This document shows, piece by piece, positions 1-7,920 of a DNA stretch of 20,000 nucleotides. The first letter of the stretch is position 1; every line of letters begins with the position of its first letter. The translations under genes and the position numbers were made by a program. Where the stretch lies: assembly GCA_964385185.1 (NCBI GenBank), contig CAYLOA010000003.1:56736-76735 (forward strand), in the 5' to 3' direction. Source of the stretch: an uncultured Methanosarcinales archaeon. Lineage in GTDB: Archaea > Nanobdellota > Nanobdellia > Woesearchaeales > CALCXY01. The notes under the pieces are model-generated. The model saw only the letters and a program-made list of their open reading frames with translations, was not told where the DNA came from and did not search any database.

Positions 1-564
1 GATATTATCAGTGATTATGCTGGAAACTTAGCTGCTACAAATGGACGACATGATATTGCGGACGGAATCGTACAGTTTACTGCTAATCAGCTGAAATATT
101 TCAGCGTACCATTCTGTGTTGATCAGGATGATATTAGCAACCAAACAGGTACTGCAACAGGATCCATTAAGTCCTTTAGTCAAAGTGGATTCACCACAAT
201 AACTTCAGGTCAGGTTAACCCGTTACTTGGTTATGAGGCAAATATCACACGAGACTTTAACTTGTTTGTACACACCAAGTCAAAGGCTAACTGTGCTATT
301 GTAGCTCATTCAACATCTATTAACCAAAACTTTACATTACTTGGTGTTGATAACAGTAACAGAACCAATGCTACAAACTTGTTTGCAAGTCTTGGAGATG
401 GAGCTCAAGTAAATAACTTGTATCCAACTCCAAACACAATTGCTACAATTGAAACCAGTGTTGCTCAGTATAATGCAAGAACATTCGATCCGTTCACTGC
501 TTACTGGGTATTCCCAGATTTCGATACAAGCAGCAAGAACTTCAACGGTTTGGGTATCAATTAA
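1..564 (+). CDS. 3' part of a secreted/cell-surface glycoprotein (S-layer-like), 5'-truncated by the window edge
   Basis: Frame 1 is open from base 1 (DIISDYAGNLAATNG...) to TAA at 562-564, so the gene is longer than the track ORF 262-564. It is Asn/Thr/Ser-rich with several N-x-S/T sequons (NQT, NIT, NFT, NRT, NAT) and two related P-x-x-[GA]-Y motifs (VNPLLGYE, FDPFTAYW). A T-tract follows. Confidence 0.75.
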   Translation, partial: DIISDYAGNLAATNGRHDIADGIVQFTANQLKYFSVPFCVDQDDISNQTGTATGSIKSFSQSGFTTITSGQVNPLLGYEANITRDFNLFVHTKSKANCAIVAHSTSINQNFTLLGVDNSNRTNATNLFASLGDGAQVNNLYPTPNTIATIETSVAQYNARTFDPFTAYWVFPDFDTSSKNFNGLGIN

Positions 565-568
565 TTAA

Positions 569-587
569 TTTTTTTATTTTATTTTTT
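569..587 (+). terminator. Archaeal oligo-T terminator
   Basis: Long interrupted T-run immediately after the stop of the upstream CDS. Confidence 0.55.
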
Positions 588-617
588 AACTTACATTTCA
601 AAACATAATTAGGGGGT

Positions 618-1541
618 ATGAAAACACAAATGCTTAGAAAACACTTTGTTTTATTATTGATGTTCTTACTGGCCATTGGTATGGTATATGGAGCAGATGA
701 ATCTGCAGTGAATTCTCACTCATTTTATGGATCAGTTACAGCAGGTGGTGTTAGTGCAGTATCTGGCGCAACTGTTTGTGTCTCTGGTGCTGGTGATGAC
801 TGTATTAGTGTCAGTCCAGTAGGTTTGTATGGAGCTGCTGAAGCTAATGCAGATAAATTAGTGGCCGTTTGTACAACAGGAGATACAATTTCATTTACTA
901 TTGCCGGTTCTGGTTGTACTGGGACAAGTACACTTACTACAACCTGTGATCCTATCTCTATTACAGATTTGACGCTTGCTTTTAGTGGTACCTGTGGTAC
1001 TGCTGCAGCTTCCACTAGTGGAGGCGGCGGAGGCGGCGGAGGCGGTTCTGGTGGTGGATTTACTGGGTCTAGTATAGCATCCACAACAGATATTTCTGGA
1101 GAGGCAGGATTTTCTTCAGGTGATGCTGTAACTGCCGCTTTGAGTCAAGGAGATGTTGCAACTATTACTATTGGTGACACTACCTACGAGATTACATTAA
1201 GCACACTTACAGACGACTTTGTTGTTATAGAGTATGATGAAGACTTTATTACTTTACAACCTGGAGAGGCTACCAGAATTGATCTCAATGGTGATGGTAA
1301 AGCAGATGTGAGTGTTCAATTAAACTCAATCGTAGGTGGAGAAGCAACTTTGAAATTTGTTAAATTACAAGACATTTCTCCTAGAGCTGGTGATGATACA
1401 GGAACTGGTGCAGCAGATGGATCTCAAGATTCAGCTAAAGCATCTGGTGATCGAGCACCACTAAAAGGTGTTATTGTTGTAATTGCAATTGTCTTACTAG
1501 GACTTGTTGGATACTTTATCTACCTCAGAAGACCACGATAA
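618..1541 (+). CDS. Membrane-anchored surface protein: signal peptide, Cys-rich domain, poly-Gly linker, acidic beta domain with Ca-binding loop, C-terminal TM
   Basis: Hydrophobic N-terminus; six Cys in the first domain; long Gly/Ser linker; DLNGDGKAD (DxDxDG-type loop); TM VIVVIAIVLLGLVGYFIYL followed by RRPR; AGGGGG upstream of the ATG. Confidence 0.85.
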   Translation: MKTQMLRKHFVLLLMFLLAIGMVYGADESAVNSHSFYGSVTAGGVSAVSGATVCVSGAGDDCISVSPVGLYGAAEANADKLVAVCTTGDTISFTIAGSGCTGTSTLTTTCDPISITDLTLAFSGTCGTAAASTSGGGGGGGGGSGGGFTGSSIASTTDISGEAGFSSGDAVTAALSQGDVATITIGDTTYEITLSTLTDDFVVIEYDEDFITLQPGEATRIDLNGDGKADVSVQLNSIVGGEATLKFVKLQDISPRAGDDTGTGAADGSQDSAKASGDRAPLKGVIVVIAIVLLGLVGYFIYLRRPR

Positions 1542-1545
1542 ATTC

Positions 1546-1582
1546 TTTTTTTACTTTTATTTTTACTTTATTTCTAGTTTTT
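1546..1582 (+). terminator. Oligo-T terminator region
   Basis: Several T-runs directly after the TAA at 1539-1541. Confidence 0.45.
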
Positions 1583-1641
1583 AATATCATTATTGCACAA
1601 ACATAACACTTATATAGGAGTATGGCCGATATTTAAATACT

Positions 1642-2376
1642 ATGGCGGCTAAAGATTTTAATCGAGAGCTCAATTCTTACTTGAATACTCGTCGACAAGG
1701 GACGAGCCTTAAAGATCAATTTCTCTCTACGTTTAAACAAGATAAACCTAAAGAACCTGAGCCTGAGGTGTTCTCTGGATCTACTATTGAAGTTGTAGAG
1801 CATGAGACTGAAAGTTTTTTTGAGCGTTTGGGAAAAATGTTAGGGATGGGTAAATCTAAGAAAGTCGAGGAAATTTCTGATGATATTGATGTTGATGTGC
1901 AAGAAGTTACTGTTACAAGCAGTCCTGAGTTTGAAAAGGAAGAGAAGGAATTTGAAGGGGAAGCAAAACAAGCTAGTTTCATTGATAAAATGGTGGGATG
2001 GTTTTTCACTAAGAAGGATACTGAAGAACACACAGAGGTAGAATCTGTTGAAGTTTCTCCTGAGCAAAATTTTAGAGATGAGATTGAAGCTTTAGAACAG
2101 GATGAGGAACGATTGGAGATTCAAGAGCAAGATATTAAACGAAAGAAAGGAGAGGTCGTTAAGCAAATTCTTGATAAGTTTGTCTCTCAGGTTGAATTTA
2201 AGGAAGGGAGTTCTAAGGAAGAAGTGAAAGAAGTTGCTAAGATTACGTTAAGTGTTATCAAAAAACTTCCTAAGGATGCATTGGTAGAGTTTAAAGATTC
2301 ATATGAATTTTCACGATTTAAAGAAATTCTTAAAGATAATAATCTCGTTAAGCAGGCTGATAAAGAGGAATCCTAA
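1642..2376 (+). CDS. Acidic, coiled-coil-rich hypothetical cytoplasmic protein
   Basis: 244-aa E/K-rich ORF. TATA-like TTATATA at ~1610-1616 suits a leaderless start. It ends 3 nt before the next gene. Confidence 0.85.
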   Translation: MAAKDFNRELNSYLNTRRQGTSLKDQFLSTFKQDKPKEPEPEVFSGSTIEVVEHETESFFERLGKMLGMGKSKKVEEISDDIDVDVQEVTVTSSPEFEKEEKEFEGEAKQASFIDKMVGWFFTKKDTEEHTEVESVEVSPEQNFRDEIEALEQDEERLEIQEQDIKRKKGEVVKQILDKFVSQVEFKEGSSKEEVKEVAKITLSVIKKLPKDALVEFKDSYEFSRFKEILKDNNLVKQADKEES

Positions 2377-2379
2377 TAC

Positions 2380-3972
2380 ATGTTTAGAAAGCAATTTTTG
2401 GTGTTGTTTCTTGCATTACTTTTATCTCTAAGTGTTCATGCTATTACTGTTTCTGATATTCCTACTAAGGCCAACCTTGGTGATTTGGTTTCTATTGACG
2501 TTACAGTTGAGCAACCTGAAGATATGCAAGCATTGCTTAGTGTTATTTTGCAATGTCCTAATGTAAATTTGCCATTTTATACTAATTTTATTGAGCTCAG
2601 TGCAAACCAATCAAAAACTTCTACTGTTCCAGGGATAACGTTTATTTCTATTATGGAAGGACAATGTTCATTTCTTGGGCAGTTAAAACGGCTAGATAAT
2701 AGTGTTATTGAGGAACGAGCTACCAATAGTATGGAAGTGACGAGTACTTTACCCTTTACTGCCAGTTTTGAAGAGAAAACGTATGATCCTGGAGATAACA
2801 TTAAAATTACAGGAGATTTTAGTGTGACTTACGATAATTTTGATTATGCAGAATTACAATTAAAGCTAGGTGGAACTACTGCCAAAAATATTACAAAGAC
2901 TAGTTTTTCTAAGACACTACGTGTACCAGATGATGCACCAGCAGGTAGTCAGACTGCGAAATTGTCCGTTAGTGATGCGTTTGGTAACAAAGGTGTAGTT
3001 TCTCTACCTATTCAAATAACCCAGATTCCTTCGGCTGTTTTGGTGGATTTGAATAGATACTTGTATACTCCAAATGAGACTATGCAGGCTGTTGTAAATT
3101 ATGTTGATCAAGCAAATACCACAATTCCTGATCCTATTAGTGTAAAGTTGGAAGGTCCTAAACAATTGCTGTTACGAGATGTTTTGGACGAGAAAACAGT
3201 TACAGATAACGTGTATACGTATAGATTTGGTTTACATGCAGAGCCTGGAGATTATCGTCTAACTACAACAGCTGGAGAGATGACCACGGTAACTTATTTT
3301 AATGTGAGCGTCGTTAAGGATTTATCAGTTACTTTTGATGATTCTCGAGTTATTATTTTTAATTCAGGGAATGTTAAGTATGATGATGATATTACCATAA
3401 ATATTCCTAATTCAGAGGAAGCTGTTACGAATGCTATATCATTGACACCTGGAATTCAGACGGTTATTGACCTTTCTAAGTATGCCGTTGAATCGGGCGA
3501 ACAACCGGTTAAAGTTACTTTTAGTAGAGGTGGTAGTAGTCGGAGAAGCTTAGGTGCAGGTAGTGCCACAGAAGAACAACAGAGTGAGCAAGGGGTTGGT
3601 ACTACTGCAGGATCTGCTTCTGAGTCTAATTCCCAAGAATCTACCGTGTCAGATACTGTTCATATTGAGAAGAAAGGAATATTTAGAGCCACGGGTGCTG
3701 CTGTTGCAGGTGTAGTAACAAGTCCATCTCTTTGGGCATTTTTTCTTGTAGTGGGTGCGATTGTAGGTTCATTTATTTTTATTAAGAAAAAGGGATTTGG
3801 AGGGGGTGAACCTTCTGAAGATATTGATCTTAGCAAGGTGCAACAAGCCATGGATGATCATGAGATTACTCCTGAAGCTCGAACTGAAATTAAACGGGTT
3901 GCTGAACCTGTCATGCAGGCTGCTCCTGAACCTAAAGATGAAGATATTGTTGTAGAATTGGATGATGATTAG
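2380..3972 (+). CDS. Secreted multi-Ig-like-domain membrane protein with C-terminal TM and acidic cytoplasmic tail
   Basis: Signal peptide (MFRKQFLVLFLALLLSLSVHA), beta-rich domains (YDPGDNIKITG, YTPNETM), Ser/Gly/Glu linker, TM LWAFFLVVGAIVGSFIFI then KKK, acidic tail. Confidence 0.85.
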   Translation: MFRKQFLVLFLALLLSLSVHAITVSDIPTKANLGDLVSIDVTVEQPEDMQALLSVILQCPNVNLPFYTNFIELSANQSKTSTVPGITFISIMEGQCSFLGQLKRLDNSVIEERATNSMEVTSTLPFTASFEEKTYDPGDNIKITGDFSVTYDNFDYAELQLKLGGTTAKNITKTSFSKTLRVPDDAPAGSQTAKLSVSDAFGNKGVVSLPIQITQIPSAVLVDLNRYLYTPNETMQAVVNYVDQANTTIPDPISVKLEGPKQLLLRDVLDEKTVTDNVYTYRFGLHAEPGDYRLTTTAGEMTTVTYFNVSVVKDLSVTFDDSRVIIFNSGNVKYDDDITINIPNSEEAVTNAISLTPGIQTVIDLSKYAVESGEQPVKVTFSRGGSSRRSLGAGSATEEQQSEQGVGTTAGSASESNSQESTVSDTVHIEKKGIFRATGAAVAGVVTSPSLWAFFLVVGAIVGSFIFIKKKGFGGGEPSEDIDLSKVQQAMDDHEITPEARTEIKRVAEPVMQAAPEPKDEDIVVELDDD

Positions 3973-3979
3973 AATATAG

Positions 3980-4003
3980 AAATAAAAAAATAAAATAAAA
4001 AAA
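3980..4003 (-). terminator. Oligo-T terminator for ahcY
   Basis: A-runs on the plus strand (T-runs on minus) immediately past the ahcY stop. Confidence 0.5.
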
Positions 4004-4004
4004 T

Positions 4005-5267
4005 TTAAGTCCCTTCTTGCCAACTGTTCAAGTATTTCTCCTGTTCAGGTGTTAAGGTATCAATTTTAATTCCCATGGACTCTAATTGTAGCCTGGAGAT
4101 TTCTTGATCCTTTTCTGGATCTAATTGATATACTTTGTTTGAGAGTTTTCCTTTATTTTGTGCTAGGAATTCACAAGCAAAGGCTTGGTTACAAAACGAC
4201 ATAGCCATGATGGTAGATGGATGTCCTTCTGCAGCTGCAAGATTGATTAATCTTGCTTCTCCTAATACAAAGACTTTTTTGTTGCCCAGCATGTATTCAT
4301 CCATATACTCTCTGATTTTTCTATGGTTTGTAGCTAGTTTTCCTAATTCTGCTACATTGATTTCAGAATCGAAGTGACCAGAGTTAGCTACCATTGCACC
4401 ATCTTTCATTGTTTTCATATGGTGAATATCGATCACGTGCTTGTTACCTGTTACCGTCACAAAGATATCTCCTAGTGGGGCTGCTTCTGCCATAGGCATA
4501 ACTCTAAACCCATCCATGGCAGCTTGTAGTGCTCTGAATGGGTTTACTTCAGTCACTATGACGTTTGCATCTTGACCTTGTGCTCTTCTTGCTAGGCCTT
4601 TTCCACATTCTCCATATCCTACAACAACAAATGTTTTACCTGCAATGATTACATTGGTTGCTCTTAGGATTCCGTCGATTGTGGACTGTCCTGTTCCTTT
4701 CAGATTATCCATTAGATGTTTTGTGTCTGCATCATTTACAGCTACCATAGGATATTTGAGTGCGTTGTCCTTGACCATGGAATTTAATCGAATAATTCCA
4801 GTAGTGGTTTCTTCAGCCCCTCCAATAATTTCTGGAAGAAGTTCTGGATGTTTAGTGTGAATTTCCGTTACTAAATCACAACCATCATCAATGGTGATGT
4901 GTGGTTTAAACTTGATGACGTTTGTTAGATATCGGTAGTAATCTTCGTTTGATTCTCCTTTGTATGCCCAGATATTTACACCTTCTTCTGCTAATGCTGC
5001 TGCAACATCATCTTGAGTTGAGAGAGGATTACAACCCGTGATTGCCACTTCTGCTCCTCCAGCCCTTAATGTTCGTACTAGAATTCCCGTTTCTTTAGTT
5101 ACGTGGAGAGCTAGACCCACCTTTAGTCCTTTTAGTGGTTGTTCCGTTTTGAATCTTTCTCTTACTTGTAAGAGGGCTCCCATTTGCATTTCTGCCCATT
5201 CAAGGTTCTTTTTACCTTGCTCTGCTAATTTCATATCCTTTACTTCATAATTTTCTCCTGTATCCAT
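4005..5267 (-). CDS. ahcY: S-adenosyl-L-homocysteine hydrolase (adenosylhomocysteinase)
   Basis: Signature motifs GCNPLSTQDDVAAAL, IDDGCDL, EETTTG, GYGECGKG (NAD binding), NSGHFD, NLAAAEGHP. The likely start is ATG 5267 with SD AAGGTGA upstream; the track's GTG at 5276 lies inside the SD. Confidence 0.97.
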   Translation of the reverse strand: MDTGENYEVKDMKLAEQGKKNLEWAEMQMGALLQVRERFKTEQPLKGLKVGLALHVTKETGILVRTLRAGGAEVAITGCNPLSTQDDVAAALAEEGVNIWAYKGESNEDYYRYLTNVIKFKPHITIDDGCDLVTEIHTKHPELLPEIIGGAEETTTGIIRLNSMVKDNALKYPMVAVNDADTKHLMDNLKGTGQSTIDGILRATNVIIAGKTFVVVGYGECGKGLARRAQGQDANVIVTEVNPFRALQAAMDGFRVMPMAEAAPLGDIFVTVTGNKHVIDIHHMKTMKDGAMVANSGHFDSEINVAELGKLATNHRKIREYMDEYMLGNKKVFVLGEARLINLAAAEGHPSTIMAMSFCNQAFACEFLAQNKGKLSNKVYQLDPEKDQEISRLQLESMGIKIDTLTPEQEKYLNSWQEGT

Positions 5268-5311
5268 ATAGATCACCTTGTTAGTTTATGAGATAGGGAA
5301 GTAGTGGATGA

Positions 5312-5329
5312 TTTATATATATTTGTCTC
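5312..5329 (-). promoter_or_regulatory. BRE/TATA promoter of ahcY
   Basis: The minus strand reads GAGACAAA-TATATATAAA, about 45 nt upstream of ATG 5267. Confidence 0.6.
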
Positions 5330-5340
5330 TATTATGTTTA

Positions 5341-5375
5341 ATTTGTCCAAGAATAGTGGATATTTATGGACAAAT
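5341..5375. promoter_or_regulatory. Inverted-repeat operator candidate between divergent promoters
   Basis: ATTTGTCCA (5341-5349) N17 TGGACAAAT (5367-5375) is a perfect 9-bp inverted repeat. Related half-sites occur at 5321, 5357 and 5398. Confidence 0.55.
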
Positions 5376-5417
5376 ATAGTAAGTTTTATATAGTAGTTGG
5401 ACAGTATACAGTATATT

Positions 5418-5500
5418 AGGAGTTTGGTGAGGCTCTCTGGAGATTTTCAACCCCAACGTTGATACCCTTCCTTCTACCGGGGAGTCTTACTATTTTTTTT
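5418..5500 (+). ncRNA. Candidate structured small RNA or leader RNA upstream of the Lrp gene
   Basis: TATA box TTTTATATA at 5384-5392; 16-bp helix 5425-5440/5477-5492 with 5 G-U pairs; inner hairpin TCAAC/GTTGA; T8 at 5493-5500. Confidence 0.6.
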
Positions 5501-5536
5501 ATAATAAAAAGAGTTAGATTGAGTGCTAAAGAACTG

Positions 5537-5959
5537 ATGGAATTACAAGAGAAAGATCGGAAAATTATTGATTTGCTTAGAGAGGATGCTCGAGCTACTA
5601 TTCGAGACATTGCTAAACGAACTTCTTTACGACCGAGTACGGTCCATCAACGAATGCAGAAGATGGATAAAGAAGGAGTGATTGAGAAATATACTGTCAA
5701 GTTGAATAATGATAAAGTGGGTGAGAATTTTATTGTGTTTATTATGGTTAAGAGTTCTAAAGATATTGAGAAAAGTGCTTTGAAGGATGATCGGATAAGA
5801 GAAGTGTTTGGAGTTACCGGTGGTTTTGATTTAATGATTAAATGTAAGTTTAAAGATATCGTTGACTTTAATGATTTTATTATTGCTTTCCGTAAGAAGG
5901 ATGGTATTGAAGCTACTGAAACAGTAGTGAGTACGGTTACAATTAAAGAAGAGCTTTGA
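5537..5959 (+). CDS. Lrp/AsnC family transcriptional regulator
   Basis: N-terminal HTH (KDRKIIDLLREDARATIRDIAKRTSLRPSTVHQRMQKM..EGVI) and C-terminal RAM domain (VTGGFDL). The start is most likely ATG 5537; the track's upstream extension runs through the RNA hairpin. Confidence 0.93.
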   Translation: MELQEKDRKIIDLLREDARATIRDIAKRTSLRPSTVHQRMQKMDKEGVIEKYTVKLNNDKVGENFIVFIMVKSSKDIEKSALKDDRIREVFGVTGGFDLMIKCKFKDIVDFNDFIIAFRKKDGIEATETVVSTVTIKEEL

Positions 5960-6000
5960 TTCACCCTAAGTTTTATAAATAAAATCAAATTTACTACATC

Positions 6001-6341
6001 ATGGATTCAATAATGCCTGAAGAATATATACCTTGGGACTTATTCATTCTTTATCAGACATCGATTTGGAAACTTGAAGATTTAATTATTAATGGTACAA
6101 CAGATGAAAATTTTCGAGATCATAACATGGCTGGCAGAGATTTACTGATAACTCTTGGAACTATTAAATTAAGACAATGGGACAAGCCAACTTTTTTTTG
6201 GAGGCAAGAGAGTTATTACGTAGAAGTTATGAAGCACTGGACGCTTATTTTGATGAAACTTCTAATATGGAATGTCTTGCTTATCGAGGATTTCAACAGG
6301 AAAGAAGAGACGATTTAGAGAATTTTATCACAGCAGATTAA
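6001..6341 (+). pseudogene. Hypothetical gene with an apparent frameshift at a T8 tract
   Basis: TATA TTTTATAAA at 5971-5979 suits a leaderless ATG at 6001. After T8 (6192-6199) the -1 frame reads LEARELLRRSYEALDAYFDETSNMECLAYRGFQQERRDDLENFITAD* and ends at 6341, 2 nt from the convergent gene. Confidence 0.5.
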
Positions 6342-6343
6342 TA

Positions 6344-7327
6344 TTATTGGATCGAACTAATATCTACTTTCTCATTTAATCTTGCAGGCATTTGTGCAAC
6401 TACCTTAGCTGCTGCATAGGATGCAATTTTTCCTGCTTCTGGTAACGGTAAGGCATGAGTGATTCCGTAGAGGATGCCAGCTGCATACATATCTCCCGCT
6501 CCAGTTGAGGAAATGGGATTCGTTGAAAAAGGTTCTATTTTAAAAAAATCAATGTCTGTTTTAATGAACGAACCTTGGTCTCCCAGTTTTACACAGGCAA
6601 TGTGACACATCTCTGCAATTTCATGGAGTGCACCTTCTGGATCATCTAGTTCTGTGAAAGCTTCTGCTTCAGAGTCATTTGCAAATACAATATCTACGTG
6701 ATCTTGGACAAATGTTTTGAAAGCTTCGAGGTTTCGTTTAATTAATCCTGCATCGTTTAGATCTATTGAAACTTGGACGTTATTTTCCTTTGCAATTTCT
6801 ACTGCATGCAGAATAAGTTCCTTAATTTCAGGAGCTTCTAGTTGGTATGCTTCAAGGTGTAGGATTTTGCTTCTTTTCAGATCTTCGTCGATAAAATCCG
6901 GTTTTTTTAGGTTTACTGCAGCACCTAGGTGCGTTGCAAATGATCTTTCTTTGTCAGGTGTGATAAATGTTATGGCATGACCGGTTTGAAATGAATCCGA
7001 TTTTACCATATTTCCTTTGATTCCTTCTTTTTCTAGAATAGTTTCGTATAAATCTCCGTGTTTGTCATCACCAATCTTTCCAAAAAAAGCTCCTATTCCT
7101 CCTAGATTTGCTATGCCTGCAATAGTGTTTGATACAGATCCTCCTGGGAAGTTTTGCATGGGAAGATGGCTAATTTTGTCTAGCATTTCTTTCGCTTGAT
7201 CTTGTTCTATGAGAATCATCTCTCCTTTATTGAGTTTAAAGTCCATTAATGTTCGGTCATCTACTTCAATTATGATGTCCATTAGAGCTGAACCGATACC
7301 AAAGACGTCTATGGTTTTTTCTTCCAT
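6344..7327 (-). CDS. PfkB/ribokinase-family kinase, adenosine-kinase-like
   Basis: GIGSALMDI N-terminus with the adenosine-kinase-type lid (FKLNKGEMIL), PGGSVSNT, ERSFATHLGA, NxxE (ANDSEA), TGAGD anion hole. Confidence 0.88.
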   Translation of the reverse strand: MEEKTIDVFGIGSALMDIIIEVDDRTLMDFKLNKGEMILIEQDQAKEMLDKISHLPMQNFPGGSVSNTIAGIANLGGIGAFFGKIGDDKHGDLYETILEKEGIKGNMVKSDSFQTGHAITFITPDKERSFATHLGAAVNLKKPDFIDEDLKRSKILHLEAYQLEAPEIKELILHAVEIAKENNVQVSIDLNDAGLIKRNLEAFKTFVQDHVDIVFANDSEAEAFTELDDPEGALHEIAEMCHIACVKLGDQGSFIKTDIDFFKIEPFSTNPISSTGAGDMYAAGILYGITHALPLPEAGKIASYAAAKVVAQMPARLNEKVDISSIQ

Positions 7328-7437
7328 AAGACAAGATATGTTTGGAGGGGTTTATAATCATTATGTTGGTGAAGAAGATAGTACTGTAATATTTTTCTTC
7401 GTAAACTTAATATATTCATAATTCTTTTTTTATTTAG

Positions 7438-7839
7438 ATGAATAAGAAAGCACAATGGGTGGGGATGATTCATAGAGCGTATCAGAGTGAAGAGTCACGA
7501 AAAAGAAAGAGCAAAGCATATCTTTTGAAGCATCAAGGATGGAGCGTAGAAGATATAGCTGTTAACCTTAAAGTATCTCCATCCACAGTGAGGAAATACT
7601 TACGGGAGAAACCTTCCTCTGAAAAAGTAACCTTTACTGTAATGAAGAAGGATAAACCTCAATCTCCACAGGACCGGAAAGAAATAGTAGTGATGTATCT
7701 GATGCCATTTGTATGGATCCCACTTATGGGTGTAATGTTATTTTTGTGGGATAGTTTGTGGTCAGTCCTCCTATCTATCGTTTTCATTGTGTTTATCTAT
7801 AAGGGAATAGTGAATCATATGAGGGGTAAAAGGAAGTAG
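7438..7839 (+). CDS. Helix-turn-helix protein with two C-terminal TM helices
   Basis: HTH GWSVEDIAVNLKVSPSTVRKYL and two hydrophobic segments at the C-terminus; TATA-like TTAATATA at ~7408-7415. Confidence 0.8.
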   Translation: MNKKAQWVGMIHRAYQSEESRKRKSKAYLLKHQGWSVEDIAVNLKVSPSTVRKYLREKPSSEKVTFTVMKKDKPQSPQDRKEIVVMYLMPFVWIPLMGVMLFLWDSLWSVLLSIVFIVFIYKGIVNHMRGKRK

Positions 7840-7920
7840 GTAGTTTTTACAAGCAACTTTCGCTACCTTTATTAACTACCAAAATCACCATATAATTATA
7901 ATTGTGCGAGGCGAATAAAC

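Noticed and set aside
725..1084. Pro-rich antisense ORF (also 15147-15374)
   Set aside because: These are mirror images of the poly-Gly linkers in real genes on the opposite strand.
5418..5500. tRNA, SRP RNA, or known SAH/SAM riboswitch identity
   Set aside because: No cloverleaf or T-loop, no SRP helix-8 motif, and no SAH/SAM consensus that I can recognise. It also lies on the opposite strand from ahcY.
5459..5536. N-terminal extension of the Lrp ORF in the track
   Set aside because: It runs through the RNA hairpin and T-tract; the Lrp domain begins at about ATG 5537.
7891..7903. AT-only palindromes TATAATTATA / AATTATAATT
   Set aside because: Short and AT-only in an AT-rich genome, so likely chance, although they loosely resemble the 8247 palindrome.
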